A stretch of 64,000 bases of DNA, from positions 1 to 64,000 of the IMG/VR virus record IMGVR_UViG_3300026521_000471, one strand, 5' to 3'. Position 1 is the first letter of the stretch. Each line of letters begins with the position of its first letter. Shown one piece after another: positions 48,601-58,347 of the stretch. Made by a program: the position numbers and the translations under genes. The notes under the pieces were generated by a model. The model saw only the letters and a program-made list of their open reading frames with translations. It had not been told where the DNA came from and did no database searches.

Positions 48601-49119
48601 ATGGCTGTATTAGGAAGCCCAAATTATAGAGTAGGACTTATTATCGCTAATGCTCAACCATTTCATAATGGGCATTTAAAAATTATAGGTGATGCGTTAA
48701 TGATGTGTGATGAAGTCATAATTTCATTTAAAGATTATGATACATCATATTTTAATTATGATATTAATCAACAAATTGCAAGAAAAGTTTTTGACCTCAA
48801 TCCAAGAATAGCATTTTTTGGAACTGAATATGATCCTTTATTAGGCACACCTAAACATTTTATTTCTAGAACTCTTGATAAGTTGGAAGAAGCTAATTAT
48901 AATATGCCAACACATTTTTTTACAAATTATGATTTATGGGTTGAACCTGCAAAAGAATTACAACTAGAAACCATAAGAGTATCAACTTTAGCAGATACAA
49001 ATTCATTAGATATAATCAATTCTATCGAATCAAAAACAGATCTATGGAAAGAGAAAGTCCCTTACTCGGCTATTGATATTATCGAAACGTATATAGCTAC
49101 TAAAAATAGAAATTTTTAA
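48601..49119 (+). CDS. HxGH nucleotidyltransferase, NMN adenylyltransferase (NadM)-like
   Basis: AQPFHNGHLKII and WKEKVP; the GRFQP and SxT motifs are divergent. Confidence 0.7.
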   Translation: MAVLGSPNYRVGLIIANAQPFHNGHLKIIGDALMMCDEVIISFKDYDTSYFNYDINQQIARKVFDLNPRIAFFGTEYDPLLGTPKHFISRTLDKLEEANYNMPTHFFTNYDLWVEPAKELQLETIRVSTLADTNSLDIINSIESKTDLWKEKVPYSAIDIIETYIATKNRNF

Positions 49120-49160
49120 ATTAATTGTAAAATATTCCATATAAAACTGAAGGGATTTTA

Positions 49161-49961
49161 ATGGATTTAACTTATAAAAACAAAGAGGGTATTTCACTTA
49201 ATGATATTGTGAATGCCTTAAATTCAAAAAAACTAGCAAAGAAAGAAATCATTACAAGCGTCTCTGCTAAAAAATCAATCGATACGCTTCTTAAAAAATT
49301 ACTAGAAAATAATATTATTATTAAGGAACAAAGTGGTCGGTCAGTTTTTTATAAATTAAATGAAAGTAAAATCGATTATAAAACTAATCAACTTAATGAG
49401 ATGAAATCGGTTGTTTCAAAAGATAATCAGATAACAAAAATTATTGAAGTAGAACCCATAAAAGAAGATAAAAAAATTTCGGATGAAGTAGATGAAGAAA
49501 ATTTAAATTACCTTAAAAAAGAAATGGAAAGTAAATTAGGAAAAGAAGTTACTGCTATTTTACATCATAGAAATGAGCCTAAAGAAAAAGTAGAAGTTTC
49601 TAATCCTAAAAAAATTTATGATGATTTGGAAGAAGAAATATTAAAAGAGAATCCATATCGATTCGTTTTAAATTTTTTTAATACTACATTGAACAACGAA
49701 AAAGCTACAGGTTATTTTAGAAGACGAGATAGCTATGTTGTAAAATCAATATATAATAAATTTAAGACAAAAGCCGATAAGATTAAAGAATATGATGTTG
49801 ATCAACAACACCAACCATTTTATAGAGCATTTACTATTGTTAATGGTATTGTAAAGATTTATCATATAGATATGAATCGTATGATAAGAGCAAGCTATGA
49901 AATATTTAAAATAAAAGATGAAGATATGAAATTTTTTAAGGGTGAAAATAATGAAAATTAA
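49161..49961 (+). CDS. protein with N-terminal winged-helix-like domain
   Basis: SIDTLLKKLLENNIIIKEQSGRSVFYKL. Confidence 0.55.
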   Translation: MDLTYKNKEGISLNDIVNALNSKKLAKKEIITSVSAKKSIDTLLKKLLENNIIIKEQSGRSVFYKLNESKIDYKTNQLNEMKSVVSKDNQITKIIEVEPIKEDKKISDEVDEENLNYLKKEMESKLGKEVTAILHHRNEPKEKVEVSNPKKIYDDLEEEILKENPYRFVLNFFNTTLNNEKATGYFRRRDSYVVKSIYNKFKTKADKIKEYDVDQQHQPFYRAFTIVNGIVKIYHIDMNRMIRASYEIFKIKDEDMKFFKGENNEN

Positions 49962-50220
49962 AAGTGATGCACCATCTAATCCAAAAGATTTAACTCTTCA
50001 TGAAGAGTTAAGTGAACGAGGTATATCTATAACTCTTTTTTGGATTTTTATAATGTCATTTGGCATGATATTAATGTGGGTGGCTCTTATGAGTCCACAA
50101 ATAACAGGTTTAGTAGCATTTATAGTCTTCTTCATAGGTTTAAATAGAGTAGATGCTTCTATTGATTGGTTTAGAGGAATAGATGATAAAGTTTCAATTA
50201 GTGAAAAGGATATAATATAA
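49942..50220 (+). CDS. membrane protein (2 TM)
   Basis: Hydrophobic segments. Confidence 0.6.
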   Translation: MKIMKIKSDAPSNPKDLTLHEELSERGISITLFWIFIMSFGMILMWVALMSPQITGLVAFIVFFIGLNRVDASIDWFRGIDDKVSISEKDII

Positions 50221-50426
50221 TGGCTAAAAAAATATGTATGGAACACTTAAATGGTGAATGTAGAAATCCTGCAAAAGGAATAGTACCAGGTTTAACACCT
50301 ATTGAGGGATTAGAGTGTCCTCATTGCTTGAGAGAAGATGGGAAAGATGGAAACGGCAACCAATTAATACCCGAAGAAAAAGCTAAAAAAGTTTTTGAAA
50401 TATTAAAAGATAAAATTGAAGAATAA
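50220..50426 (+). CDS. small Cys-containing protein
   Basis: TAATG overlap; CPHC. Confidence 0.55.
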   Translation: MAKKICMEHLNGECRNPAKGIVPGLTPIEGLECPHCLREDGKDGNGNQLIPEEKAKKVFEILKDKIEE

Positions 50427-50428
50427 CT

Positions 50429-50713
50429 ATGAATACTAGTAGAGAAAGTTTTCAATTAGATTTAGAACGTACTACATCAACAGAATTAGAAGAAGTCGTA
50501 ATATGTTCAAAATGTAATGGTTATGGTTCTTCACAATTAAAAGGTGATTTTATTGTTTACGGGAATGATACAGATCTTAAACAAAATAATATTTGTTCAT
50601 CTTGCAATGGTACTGGAAAATTAATCAAACAAACCGTAGTATCATTTGTATCATTTGACCCAAATTTAGCAATAAAAACACATATCGTTTCAAATCCAGA
50701 AAATTTTATTTAA
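50429..50713 (+). CDS. DnaJ-type CxxCxGxG zinc-finger protein with PE-tail (NPENFI)
   Basis: CSKCNGYG, CSSCNGTG. Confidence 0.75.
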   Translation: MNTSRESFQLDLERTTSTELEEVVICSKCNGYGSSQLKGDFIVYGNDTDLKQNNICSSCNGTGKLIKQTVVSFVSFDPNLAIKTHIVSNPENFI

Positions 50714-50757
50714 TTTTAAAGTATAACATAGTATAATTAAAGAAAATAGGATTATGC

Positions 50758-51024
50758 ATGTTTATCAAAATGGAATTTGAAGATGATTATTATTTGATCG
50801 TGCCACCAGACTCAATAAATAATAATTTTTTAATTAAAGTAATATCTGAAAAAGATAAAATTGATTTTCCACATCTACATAATCATATTTATAATAATAA
50901 AATTAAGGCTGAAATTGAATGTCTTAAATTGGAAATAATGCGTACTAATAACGAAGAAACTAAATCTAGATTTAGAGAAATGTTATCTGTCTATACAAAA
51001 TTATATCCTGAATATATTATATAA
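50758..51024 (+). CDS. small protein with PE-tail (YPEYII)
   Basis: Terminal motif. Confidence 0.7.
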   Translation: MFIKMEFEDDYYLIVPPDSINNNFLIKVISEKDKIDFPHLHNHIYNNKIKAEIECLKLEIMRTNNEETKSRFREMLSVYTKLYPEYII

Positions 51025-51035
51025 GAAGGTGATTT

Positions 51036-51410
51036 ATGAAACGAACATTAACAAGTACATTTGATAATATGGTTGCATTGATTAAAAGAAAAGAACCTCA
51101 TATCGATGCCATTAAAAAAGCAGAAGAAGAATTCAAGAATCAAAATATCAAATTAAAATACTATGTTACTACAATAGGTATGCCAAAATTATCAGATATA
51201 GCAGAAGGTACATTAGTCAAAACACCTGCTAAGTATTTTGATAATTTGATACAAGCAAAATTATTTCAAGATAAAATAATTTTAGATGAAAGTAAGAAAA
51301 ATATTGATGAGCGACATATTTGGTTTGATAGTATTACAAATGATGAACTAAATTTTGTCAAAAATGAATTTAATAATCTAATAAAGAATTATCCAGAATA
51401 TGCAATTTAA
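51036..51410 (+). CDS. small protein with PE-tail (YPEYAI)
   Basis: Terminal motif. Confidence 0.7.
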   Translation: MKRTLTSTFDNMVALIKRKEPHIDAIKKAEEEFKNQNIKLKYYVTTIGMPKLSDIAEGTLVKTPAKYFDNLIQAKLFQDKIILDESKKNIDERHIWFDSITNDELNFVKNEFNNLIKNYPEYAI

Positions 51411-51651
51411 TAATATAGAAATAGGTTCTATAATTATTACAAAGTATGGTGCATTTAAAGTATTTGCTTCCCCAAGTATGAAACAAATCAATGGAAATAA
51501 TATATTATCCATACCATCAATAAACTTATTACATAAGGCATCAAAACCATTTGATATTGGTATTAAATATATACCTATTAGTCATATAATAGAGAAATTT
51601 AATATCTCTATCAATGAATTTATAAAAGAATACCCGGAGAAAATTATATGA
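51400..51651 (+). CDS. small protein with PE-tail (YPEKII)
   Basis: Terminal motif. Confidence 0.7.
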   Translation: MQFNNIEIGSIIITKYGAFKVFASPSMKQINGNNILSIPSINLLHKASKPFDIGIKYIPISHIIEKFNISINEFIKEYPEKII

Positions 51652-52262
51652 AATTAGATGATATTACTATGAGTGAATTTGACTGGTGTATCCACGCTAT
51701 TTTAGTTGCTGGAAAATCAGCAAAATTTGGAACTTCAAAAATTACTATATTAAAAAAATTTGCAAGTAATATGGATTTAACCATGGAAGATTATTTATTT
51801 AAGTTGTGGAATGAAGATAAATTGATTGATAAATTGAAAGAAATTAAAACTGGTAAATATCAGTTACTTGGTAAAACTTTCGATTACTTGTTTAAGAATA
51901 AATTAAATATTTTTTCAAATTTAGATACTACTGAATTAGAAAAAATCCCTGGTATTGGAATGAAGTCATCAAGATTTTTAAAGTCATTAGTTGAATCAAA
52001 TCATAATGATTTCGCAATATTGGATGTTCATATTTTGAAATGGATGAAAACATTAGACTTAAACTTAGAAATTAAAATACCTAGTTCAACACCTAATAAA
52101 AAGGAATATTTAATATTAGAAAAAGTCTTTATAGCTGAGGCAAATAAAAGAGGCAAAACTTCATTTGAATTAGATAGAGAAATATGGTATAATTATACTA
52201 AAGATTCAGGTTTGCAAAAGTTGGAAAAAAATAAAGTTGAGGGTATAAACTATGAAAATTAA
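51648..52262 (+). CDS. HhH-GPD DNA glycosylase (Ogg-like)
   Basis: LEKIPGIGMKSSRF, AILDVHILK, YLILEK, ELDREIW. Confidence 0.85.
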   Translation: MKLDDITMSEFDWCIHAILVAGKSAKFGTSKITILKKFASNMDLTMEDYLFKLWNEDKLIDKLKEIKTGKYQLLGKTFDYLFKNKLNIFSNLDTTELEKIPGIGMKSSRFLKSLVESNHNDFAILDVHILKWMKTLDLNLEIKIPSSTPNKKEYLILEKVFIAEANKRGKTSFELDREIWYNYTKDSGLQKLEKNKVEGINYEN

Positions 52263-53031
52263 AGCTGTTTTTAATAGAGATGATAAAAGACAACAAACAT
52301 ATATAAAATATTTAGAAAGAACTTTTCCAGAAATAATCAATGAGCCTAACCCAGATTTATTTTTGGTTGTTGGTGGTGACGGTGCTATGCTACATGCTCA
52401 TAAAGAGTATGGTCATTTAGGAAAACCATTTCTAGGAAAAGGTTTTGGGACTCTTAATTTCATTATGAATCATTTTGAAAATGATTTTGAAATTATTGAT
52501 GGATTACTAGAAGGAACTATGGTTCCAACCATAATAAAGACTGAAAAAATTAAGGTTATAGTCAAGAAAACCAACGGTAAAAAAATTATAAAAGAGGCAA
52601 TAAATGATATTGTGATTGGTAATGATATAATGGATTATCATCATTTTCAAATTGATTCGGAAAGAGGATCTTTTGAAAGATTTAACTTTTCTGGATTAGG
52701 TATTTGTATTTCAACTCCATTAGGTTCAACAGCATTTAACCTTAATAATGGTGGTAAAGTTTTGCCACCAGATGCTGAAATGTGGAGCATTACATCCGTA
52801 GTATCTGACCATAATGTGAATGAAGTTATGATGGCTCAAACAGTTGATATAAAAATAAAAAGTTCTAGACATTCACCAACATTGTACGTTGATGGAACAG
52901 CAACAGCAATACCATTAGAATACGGTGATAAAATTAAGTTAAAAAAATTTAAGCATAAGTTTAAACTCGCTTTTATCGAACCAAAGGTATTCTTTAAAAA
53001 AAGAATGAAACTTATTCAAAAAAAGAGATAA
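52252..53031 (+). CDS. nadK: NAD kinase
   Basis: VGGDGAML, GTLNF, AINDIV, ISTPLGSTAFNLNNGG, VDG. Confidence 0.9.
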   Translation: MKIKAVFNRDDKRQQTYIKYLERTFPEIINEPNPDLFLVVGGDGAMLHAHKEYGHLGKPFLGKGFGTLNFIMNHFENDFEIIDGLLEGTMVPTIIKTEKIKVIVKKTNGKKIIKEAINDIVIGNDIMDYHHFQIDSERGSFERFNFSGLGICISTPLGSTAFNLNNGGKVLPPDAEMWSITSVVSDHNVNEVMMAQTVDIKIKSSRHSPTLYVDGTATAIPLEYGDKIKLKKFKHKFKLAFIEPKVFFKKRMKLIQKKR

Positions 53032-53038
53032 CTTTTTG

Positions 53039-53046
53039 TATAAATA
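53039..53046 (+). promoter_or_regulatory. T4-like late promoter TATAAATA
   Basis: Consensus 27 nt before 53074. Confidence 0.55.
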
Positions 53047-53073
53047 AAGTAAAATATACAAAGAGGTAAATTT

Positions 53074-53505
53074 ATGTCATGGATTTCAGACCATCATATC
53101 GATGTTGAGTGGTGTATCGTTGGACCAATTACAATCTTATATCATGCAAATCTATCGGTGAATACATCAGTAACTTATGATGAACGATCTGTTTTTGGTT
53201 CACATGGTGCTTATGCTGTATGGACTGGAACAGCTCCTAGGAGTTACTCATTATCGACTAATTTAGTTGGAGCGAATTCTGGAGAAGTAGCATTTAATAT
53301 GGGGTTAATTTATCTTGCGTACGATTGGACTCAACAGAGTCCCCCGAAATGCGAAGAATTAAAGGCTCCAGCGCCAGAGATATTTAATACTAAAGTTAGA
53401 ATAGAAAGTTATGATGCAAGTATTGAAGAGGGTACACATTTGGATATGAATATACCAATCCAAATATCATTAAGTTTATCACTTAAAGAATGTAAACCAA
53501 TTTAA
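53074..53505 (+). CDS. putative tail-tube/baseplate-fold structural protein
   Basis: WTGTAPRSYSLS...IESYD...PIQISLSLSLKE resembles tube-initiator patterns; late promoter. Confidence 0.5.
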   Translation: MSWISDHHIDVEWCIVGPITILYHANLSVNTSVTYDERSVFGSHGAYAVWTGTAPRSYSLSTNLVGANSGEVAFNMGLIYLAYDWTQQSPPKCEELKAPAPEIFNTKVRIESYDASIEEGTHLDMNIPIQISLSLSLKECKPI

Positions 53506-53524
53506 ATAAAATAAAGGATAGTTA

Positions 53525-53917
53525 ATGGGATTATATACAAGTTTTAGTACATCAGATTATTATGATGAACCAATTACAAAAAAGCAACCAGTACAAAAAA
53601 CTGAAGCACCAAAAAAAGTAGAACAGAAAGTTGAACCGATTAAAGAGGAAGTAAAAAAATCTCTTTATGCTCAAGCAACAGAAATAGCAACATCTTCAAT
53701 AGAATATAAAGGACCAGATTTTAGAGATATTTATAGAGTTGGTCAGTTAGTTGCAATACAAGGTCCTAATGGTAATTACCGAACAACTAAAGGTAGAATA
53801 GCTGAAATAGTAGCAGAGAATCTAATGTATGTATATATGGAAGATACATATAAAGATGCAACAGATCAATGGCTTGTTGATTTTGTAACAGATAAAGACA
53901 CGATTACACTTCTATAA
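53525..53917 (+). CDS. hypothetical protein
   Basis: AAGGA RBS. Confidence 0.65.
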   Translation: MGLYTSFSTSDYYDEPITKKQPVQKTEAPKKVEQKVEPIKEEVKKSLYAQATEIATSSIEYKGPDFRDIYRVGQLVAIQGPNGNYRTTKGRIAEIVAENLMYVYMEDTYKDATDQWLVDFVTDKDTITLL

Positions 53918-54152
53918 TTCTTTCTTCAAAAAACCAACTTATTTTTATTTTTTTTGTAAAATATATTATGAAATTTGTATAAATAAAAATAAGGTTGGAA
54001 ATTTCAACCGATTTTTAAACAGTCTATAAGACTTTAAACAAATTGACACAAAGTTATCAAAAATCAATTTTTTTATTGTAAAATGATAACAAGTCCAAGC
54101 GACTTTAAGCAATAAAATATTAGTGCATTGCACTTTAAACAAGGAGACCATT

Positions 54153-55091
54153 ATGGCAATTAATTTAAGAAAAACAGTAAACAAATCAAAGCTAAAAGCT
54201 AAATTTGAAGCAGAAGCTCAAGGTGGAAATCAAGGGTCATCAGACTTTTTACCATACTTTAAACTGAAAAATAAAGATTCAGTTACTCTACGATTCCTTT
54301 CGGATGCAAATCCAGATAATCAAGACTTTTTTACATATACAGAAGAAGTATTCAATTTCAATGGCAAAAATATGAAATTTGATGGACCATCAAAAGATTG
54401 TCCAGCTTCTAAAATTTCAGCAGATTTATTTGCAGAAGCTAAATCATTGGGTGAAGAAACTCCCGAAGGTAAAGAAGTTAGAGAAAGAGCACTTAAATTC
54501 TATAAAAAGAGAAAATATCTTGCAAATGCATATATCGTTGATGCACCTGAGTATTTTTGGATTGAAACTGGATTAGATCCAGATAATATTCAAGATAGAG
54601 TTAAAGTAGTTTCACTACCTAAAAAAGTTTATGATACTATTAAAGATACTGTTATGGATGAAGATTTTGATGATGTAGAATTCTATAACTTTGGTGATGA
54701 TGTTGTAAACTTCAAACTAACAGTTAAGAAAAATGCAGGTGGTTACAATGATTATTCTGCTTCTAAGTTTGAAATCAAACCTAAAGAATTAGATGTTGAT
54801 GATGATGAACTTGAAATTATTGCTGAAAGCTTAAAAGATTTATCAACTCTTTTCAAAACACATTCATTAGATGAATTCAATGAAGCAATTGAAATTGAAA
54901 TGTCGGATGATGAAGACGAGGATGAAGAAGAAGCTCCAGCTCCTAAAAAAAGAGCTACTAAGAAAAAAGCTCCTGTTGTAGAAGATGACGAAGATGATGA
55001 AGACGAGGATGAAGAAGAAGCTCCTAAGAAAGATATTAAATCATTAAGAAGTGGAATCTTAAACAAACTTAAAATTCAAGAAGAGTCGTAA
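54153..55091 (+). CDS. phage single-stranded DNA-binding protein (T4 gp32-like)
   Basis: AAGGAG RBS before MAINLRK; TLRFL, CP, RKYLANAYIV, NFKLTVKKNAGGYNDYSASKF, acidic tail. Confidence 0.8.
   Translation: MAINLRKTVNKSKLKAKFEAEAQGGNQGSSDFLPYFKLKNKDSVTLRFLSDANPDNQDFFTYTEEVFNFNGKNMKFDGPSKDCPASKISADLFAEAKSLGEETPEGKEVRERALKFYKKRKYLANAYIVDAPEYFWIETGLDPDNIQDRVKVVSLPKKVYDTIKDTVMDEDFDDVEFYNFGDDVVNFKLTVKKNAGGYNDYSASKFEIKPKELDVDDDELEIIAESLKDLSTLFKTHSLDEFNEAIEIEMSDDEDEDEEEAPAPKKRATKKKAPVVEDDEDDEDEDEEEAPKKDIKSLRSGILNKLKIQEES
54906..55024 (+). repeat. 32-bp perfect direct repeat in the SSB acidic tail
   Basis: GATGATGAAGACGAGGATGAAGAAGAAGCTCC at 54906-54937 and 54993-55024. Confidence 0.85.
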
Positions 55092-55096
55092 AAATC

Positions 55097-55336
55097 ATGG
55101 AAGAAGAATTTAAGGACAAACGAACAAAAAATGGGTGGGTTCTTAATTTGGTGAAAGTGAATGATATTCACATCACCTCTTCTTTATATGATGATGGTGG
55201 TTCTTTTGTTGAAAGTAAAACTTTTAATCTGAATTATGAAAATGATATGGATATTCTAAGAAAATATATTGAATTATTTGAAGAAAATCCAGAAAAAAAT
55301 AAAAAAACAATGCTAAGATTAATTCTTAGATCATAA
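55097..55336 (+). CDS. hypothetical protein
   Basis: ORF track. Confidence 0.6.
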   Translation: MEEEFKDKRTKNGWVLNLVKVNDIHITSSLYDDGGSFVESKTFNLNYENDMDILRKYIELFEENPEKNKKTMLRLILRS

Positions 55337-55346
55337 GGACTTTTTT

Positions 55347-55679
55347 ATGGAAAAAAATGAAAACCAACCTATTATTCTTAAAGGAGTTTATACTTTTACA
55401 TTTGGTAGAAATATATACACAATAAGATTGTCAGATATTAAAAAAATTACCTTATTAGAGCATAACTTTATGGAAAAAAGAGATGATACTGAAGATGTAA
55501 AAAAAAGTTTATATATTTTTTCTGTTATGGGTGATCAAATTCAAGGTGTAGTTGATGATAATGGTAAGCCTATGTATGAAACTATAATGGAAGTTAAAGC
55601 TGAAGAACCAGATTATGCATCCCTTTATAACATTTATGAAGATTTAGTTAAATGTTGGGATGCTTATTTAGATAGATAA
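55347..55679 (+). CDS. hypothetical protein
   Basis: AAGGA RBS. Confidence 0.65.
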   Translation: MEKNENQPIILKGVYTFTFGRNIYTIRLSDIKKITLLEHNFMEKRDDTEDVKKSLYIFSVMGDQIQGVVDDNGKPMYETIMEVKAEEPDYASLYNIYEDLVKCWDAYLDR

Positions 55680-55681
55680 TA

Positions 55682-56368
55682 TTAATTAGAATTTAAAAAT
55701 TTATTAATTTTTAATTTTGGAATAGTAAAATGTTCTGTATCTAATATATTTTCTTCGGAAAAAATATTAAATTTTACGGTTGAATTATCCGTCGTAACAT
55801 AAGTAAATACCAATGGATATGTTTGAATATCTACTCCAGCTACTGAATTTGGAAGTGTAAAATTTAATTGCTCTTTAAAATTTTTTTGAGTAATATCTTT
55901 ACCTTCCAATTCATCTGTACTAACAATTACATTCCCATATTCAGTTTCAAACTCCATACTATCAAATTTTCCACTCAATACTTTTTTCATATTTTTAAAA
56001 TTCATTTCAGAATATGGTATATTATAAGATTCTAAAATAGATTCAACTAGATGTTTATTTTTTAAAGTATAATTCAATGTAATTGAATAATCTATATAAT
56101 TGGCAGATGAAATAAAATTTGGAATGATGTTATTTGAAGACTCCTCATCATTATAAAATGTTTTCATATCAATTTCATATTGATAACTATTGTAATATTT
56201 CGGTAATTCTGCAAAAAGTTTTGTAAAATGTTTAATGTAAGTTGATTTAAGAATCTTGGAAACCTTTTTATTGTTTATCAAATACGCTAATATTTGAGCT
56301 TGTAACAATTTATTATCAAGTTTTTCAATTTTCTTAATCATTGCCGTGCCTTTATTTTCTTTTTTCAT
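55682..56368 (-). CDS. hypothetical protein (likely start ATG 56341)
   Basis: AAAGG before MIKK; CATAAATA at 56374-56381 (minus). Confidence 0.65.
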   Translation of the reverse strand: MKKENKGTAMIKKIEKLDNKLLQAQILAYLINNKKVSKILKSTYIKHFTKLFAELPKYYNSYQYEIDMKTFYNDEESSNNIIPNFISSANYIDYSITLNYTLKNKHLVESILESYNIPYSEMNFKNMKKVLSGKFDSMEFETEYGNVIVSTDELEGKDITQKNFKEQLNFTLPNSVAGVDIQTYPLVFTYVTTDNSTVKFNIFSEENILDTEHFTIPKLKINKFLNSN

Positions 56369-56427
56369 AAAATTATTTATGTTTAAAAAATAGAGATTAG
56401 TAAAACTTTCTATAAATTAGGAAAAAA

Positions 56428-56841
56428 ATGAATAAACCAATAATATATTTAGCAGGAAATATGACTCCATCACCAGAATCTTATAATAAATGGACAAAAA
56501 ATATAGAAGATAGCTTAAAATATAAATTTAGATGTACAGCATCACATTTTAAAAGTGGTAATAATTTTATAGTTCAACAAGATTTAGGACGTTTAAAAAA
56601 TGCTCATATTCTTATTGTTAATTTAGGAGTTAGTGATATTTCAAACCATTTAACGGGATTAGTAGTTGAATGTTATGAAGCATTTAAGCAGAACAAACCT
56701 GTTTATGCATTTGTATCTAATGATTTAATTAGAAGTAATCAAGCTGATTCACCGTGGATACAATCTTTTATCACTCACGAATTTAATAGTCAAAGCGAAA
56801 TGATAAATTATTTAATTAACGATGATAATTTAATAGTTTAA
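56428..56841 (+). CDS. nucleoside 2-deoxyribosyltransferase-like protein
   Basis: IYLAG, QQDL...AHILIVN, TGLVVECYEA...KPV. Confidence 0.75.
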   Translation: MNKPIIYLAGNMTPSPESYNKWTKNIEDSLKYKFRCTASHFKSGNNFIVQQDLGRLKNAHILIVNLGVSDISNHLTGLVVECYEAFKQNKPVYAFVSNDLIRSNQADSPWIQSFITHEFNSQSEMINYLINDDNLIV

Positions 56842-57494
56842 TGTATAATGAATATAAAAAAGGAGTAGTTATGGATGATAAAGCCAAGGATTTTGGAAGC
56901 ATCTGGGGAATTTCAGATGAAGTGATTAAAAAACAAAAAGAAGTAAAAGAAGAAATTTTATCAGAAGAAACAAATGAGGCAAAAGTTGCAGATAATATCA
57001 AAGGATATGTAATAAATGATGTTGGTAATATTGTAGCACAATTTGGTTTCTTTATTGATAGTCAGGATGAAGAAACTATTGATGTATTTGTTAGTAAAGA
57101 CGGTTTCTTATCAAAAATTTACAATGAAGATACTAATATTATTTTGGGATATGGACATCCATTAGGATTTACAGGTATGGTTGATCCAGAAAAATCTCAA
57201 ATTTTACACTTAGGACCAAAGGCTGCAAATGGGGGTGATATTATTATTAGTGTTTCAAATGATGAACTTCTCCAAGCTCAAGGAATGGTTATTATAATTA
57301 GAGATAATGATATAGATATAAATTTATTATCAGAAGATATTAAAGATAGTTATATTGAAAATGTAGAAGATGCAAAAGAACCAATGGGTGAATTGAATGA
57401 AATTGAACAAGCGTACAATAATTACATGATTCATATTTATAGTATTTTAGGTGAATCAGGTCCAGAAGTAGAAGAGGAAGAAGTTTATGAGTAG
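56841..57494 (+). CDS. hypothetical acidic protein (likely start ATG 56871)
   Basis: AAGGAG before MDDK. Confidence 0.65.
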   Translation: MYNEYKKGVVMDDKAKDFGSIWGISDEVIKKQKEVKEEILSEETNEAKVADNIKGYVINDVGNIVAQFGFFIDSQDEETIDVFVSKDGFLSKIYNEDTNIILGYGHPLGFTGMVDPEKSQILHLGPKAANGGDIIISVSNDELLQAQGMVIIIRDNDIDINLLSEDIKDSYIENVEDAKEPMGELNEIEQAYNNYMIHIYSILGESGPEVEEEEVYE

Positions 57495-58218
57495 TTTTTT
57501 ATCAGATACAGAAGTAATTAACAGTAATTTAAATTTAGAACCTAGCAATATTGAAATGACTGTTTTAAAAGCCGCTTTTCTACCTTATTATGTGGATCCA
57601 GTCAGTATGCGATTGACTGTTGTTTTGAAACGTAGTATTTTAAAAGGTATGGCTGCAAGAACAGATATAAAAATGGGATTGACAGCTTTAAAAATTGAAT
57701 TGCCAGAAGAAACACCTTTAACCATTGAGGAAGCTTATGATACATTACATATAAATGCAACTTTACAAGATCCTATACCATTCGGGAGTGTAATGCCTAA
57801 TCCAGAAAATTCTACCGAAACAATAGAAATGGTTTTAGCCCACATTGATCCACCACAACTGTTAGATGAATCAAGAGGCATTTTATTTCAAAAGGAAGGG
57901 GAATACGAAATCGGTATTGTTGCCTTTGATGAATTATTAGAAGCTATACAAAAAGGATTTATCCAAGATGTTATTACTAGAATGATGCTGAGCGAATTAT
58001 ATATTTTAGCAATTGATGAGGCTCAAAATCAAGAGCAAAATCCTCAGCAAATGTATGAATCTAAAAGTAGTGAAGGAGTTATTGGTGCAGGAAATAATTA
58101 CCCTAATACAACAACACCTATTTCAGAAAATGATTTACCATCAACTACTGATATTCCAGAAGAAATATTAGAACAAAATCAACAAATGGATTTTGGAGCA
58201 ATATACGCAAAAAAATAA
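57487..58218 (+). CDS. degenerate Nudix-fold-like protein (tentative)
   Basis: AAFLPY, FGSVMPNPENSTE, EGEYEIGIVAFDELLEAIQKGFIQD resemble ADP-ribose pyrophosphatase flanks; no intact Nudix box. Confidence 0.45.
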   Translation: MSSFLSDTEVINSNLNLEPSNIEMTVLKAAFLPYYVDPVSMRLTVVLKRSILKGMAARTDIKMGLTALKIELPEETPLTIEEAYDTLHINATLQDPIPFGSVMPNPENSTETIEMVLAHIDPPQLLDESRGILFQKEGEYEIGIVAFDELLEAIQKGFIQDVITRMMLSELYILAIDEAQNQEQNPQQMYESKSSEGVIGAGNNYPNTTTPISENDLPSTTDIPEEILEQNQQMDFGAIYAKK

Positions 58219-58347
58219 ATATTTACAACTTTTATATAAATAAAAGTAACATTAAAAAGAAAGCATTTATATGATTTTAAAATGAATAATATTTTTATTG
58301 TTCATATAAATAATTTTGAAATTTAATTATAATTAAGGAGAGTCAAA

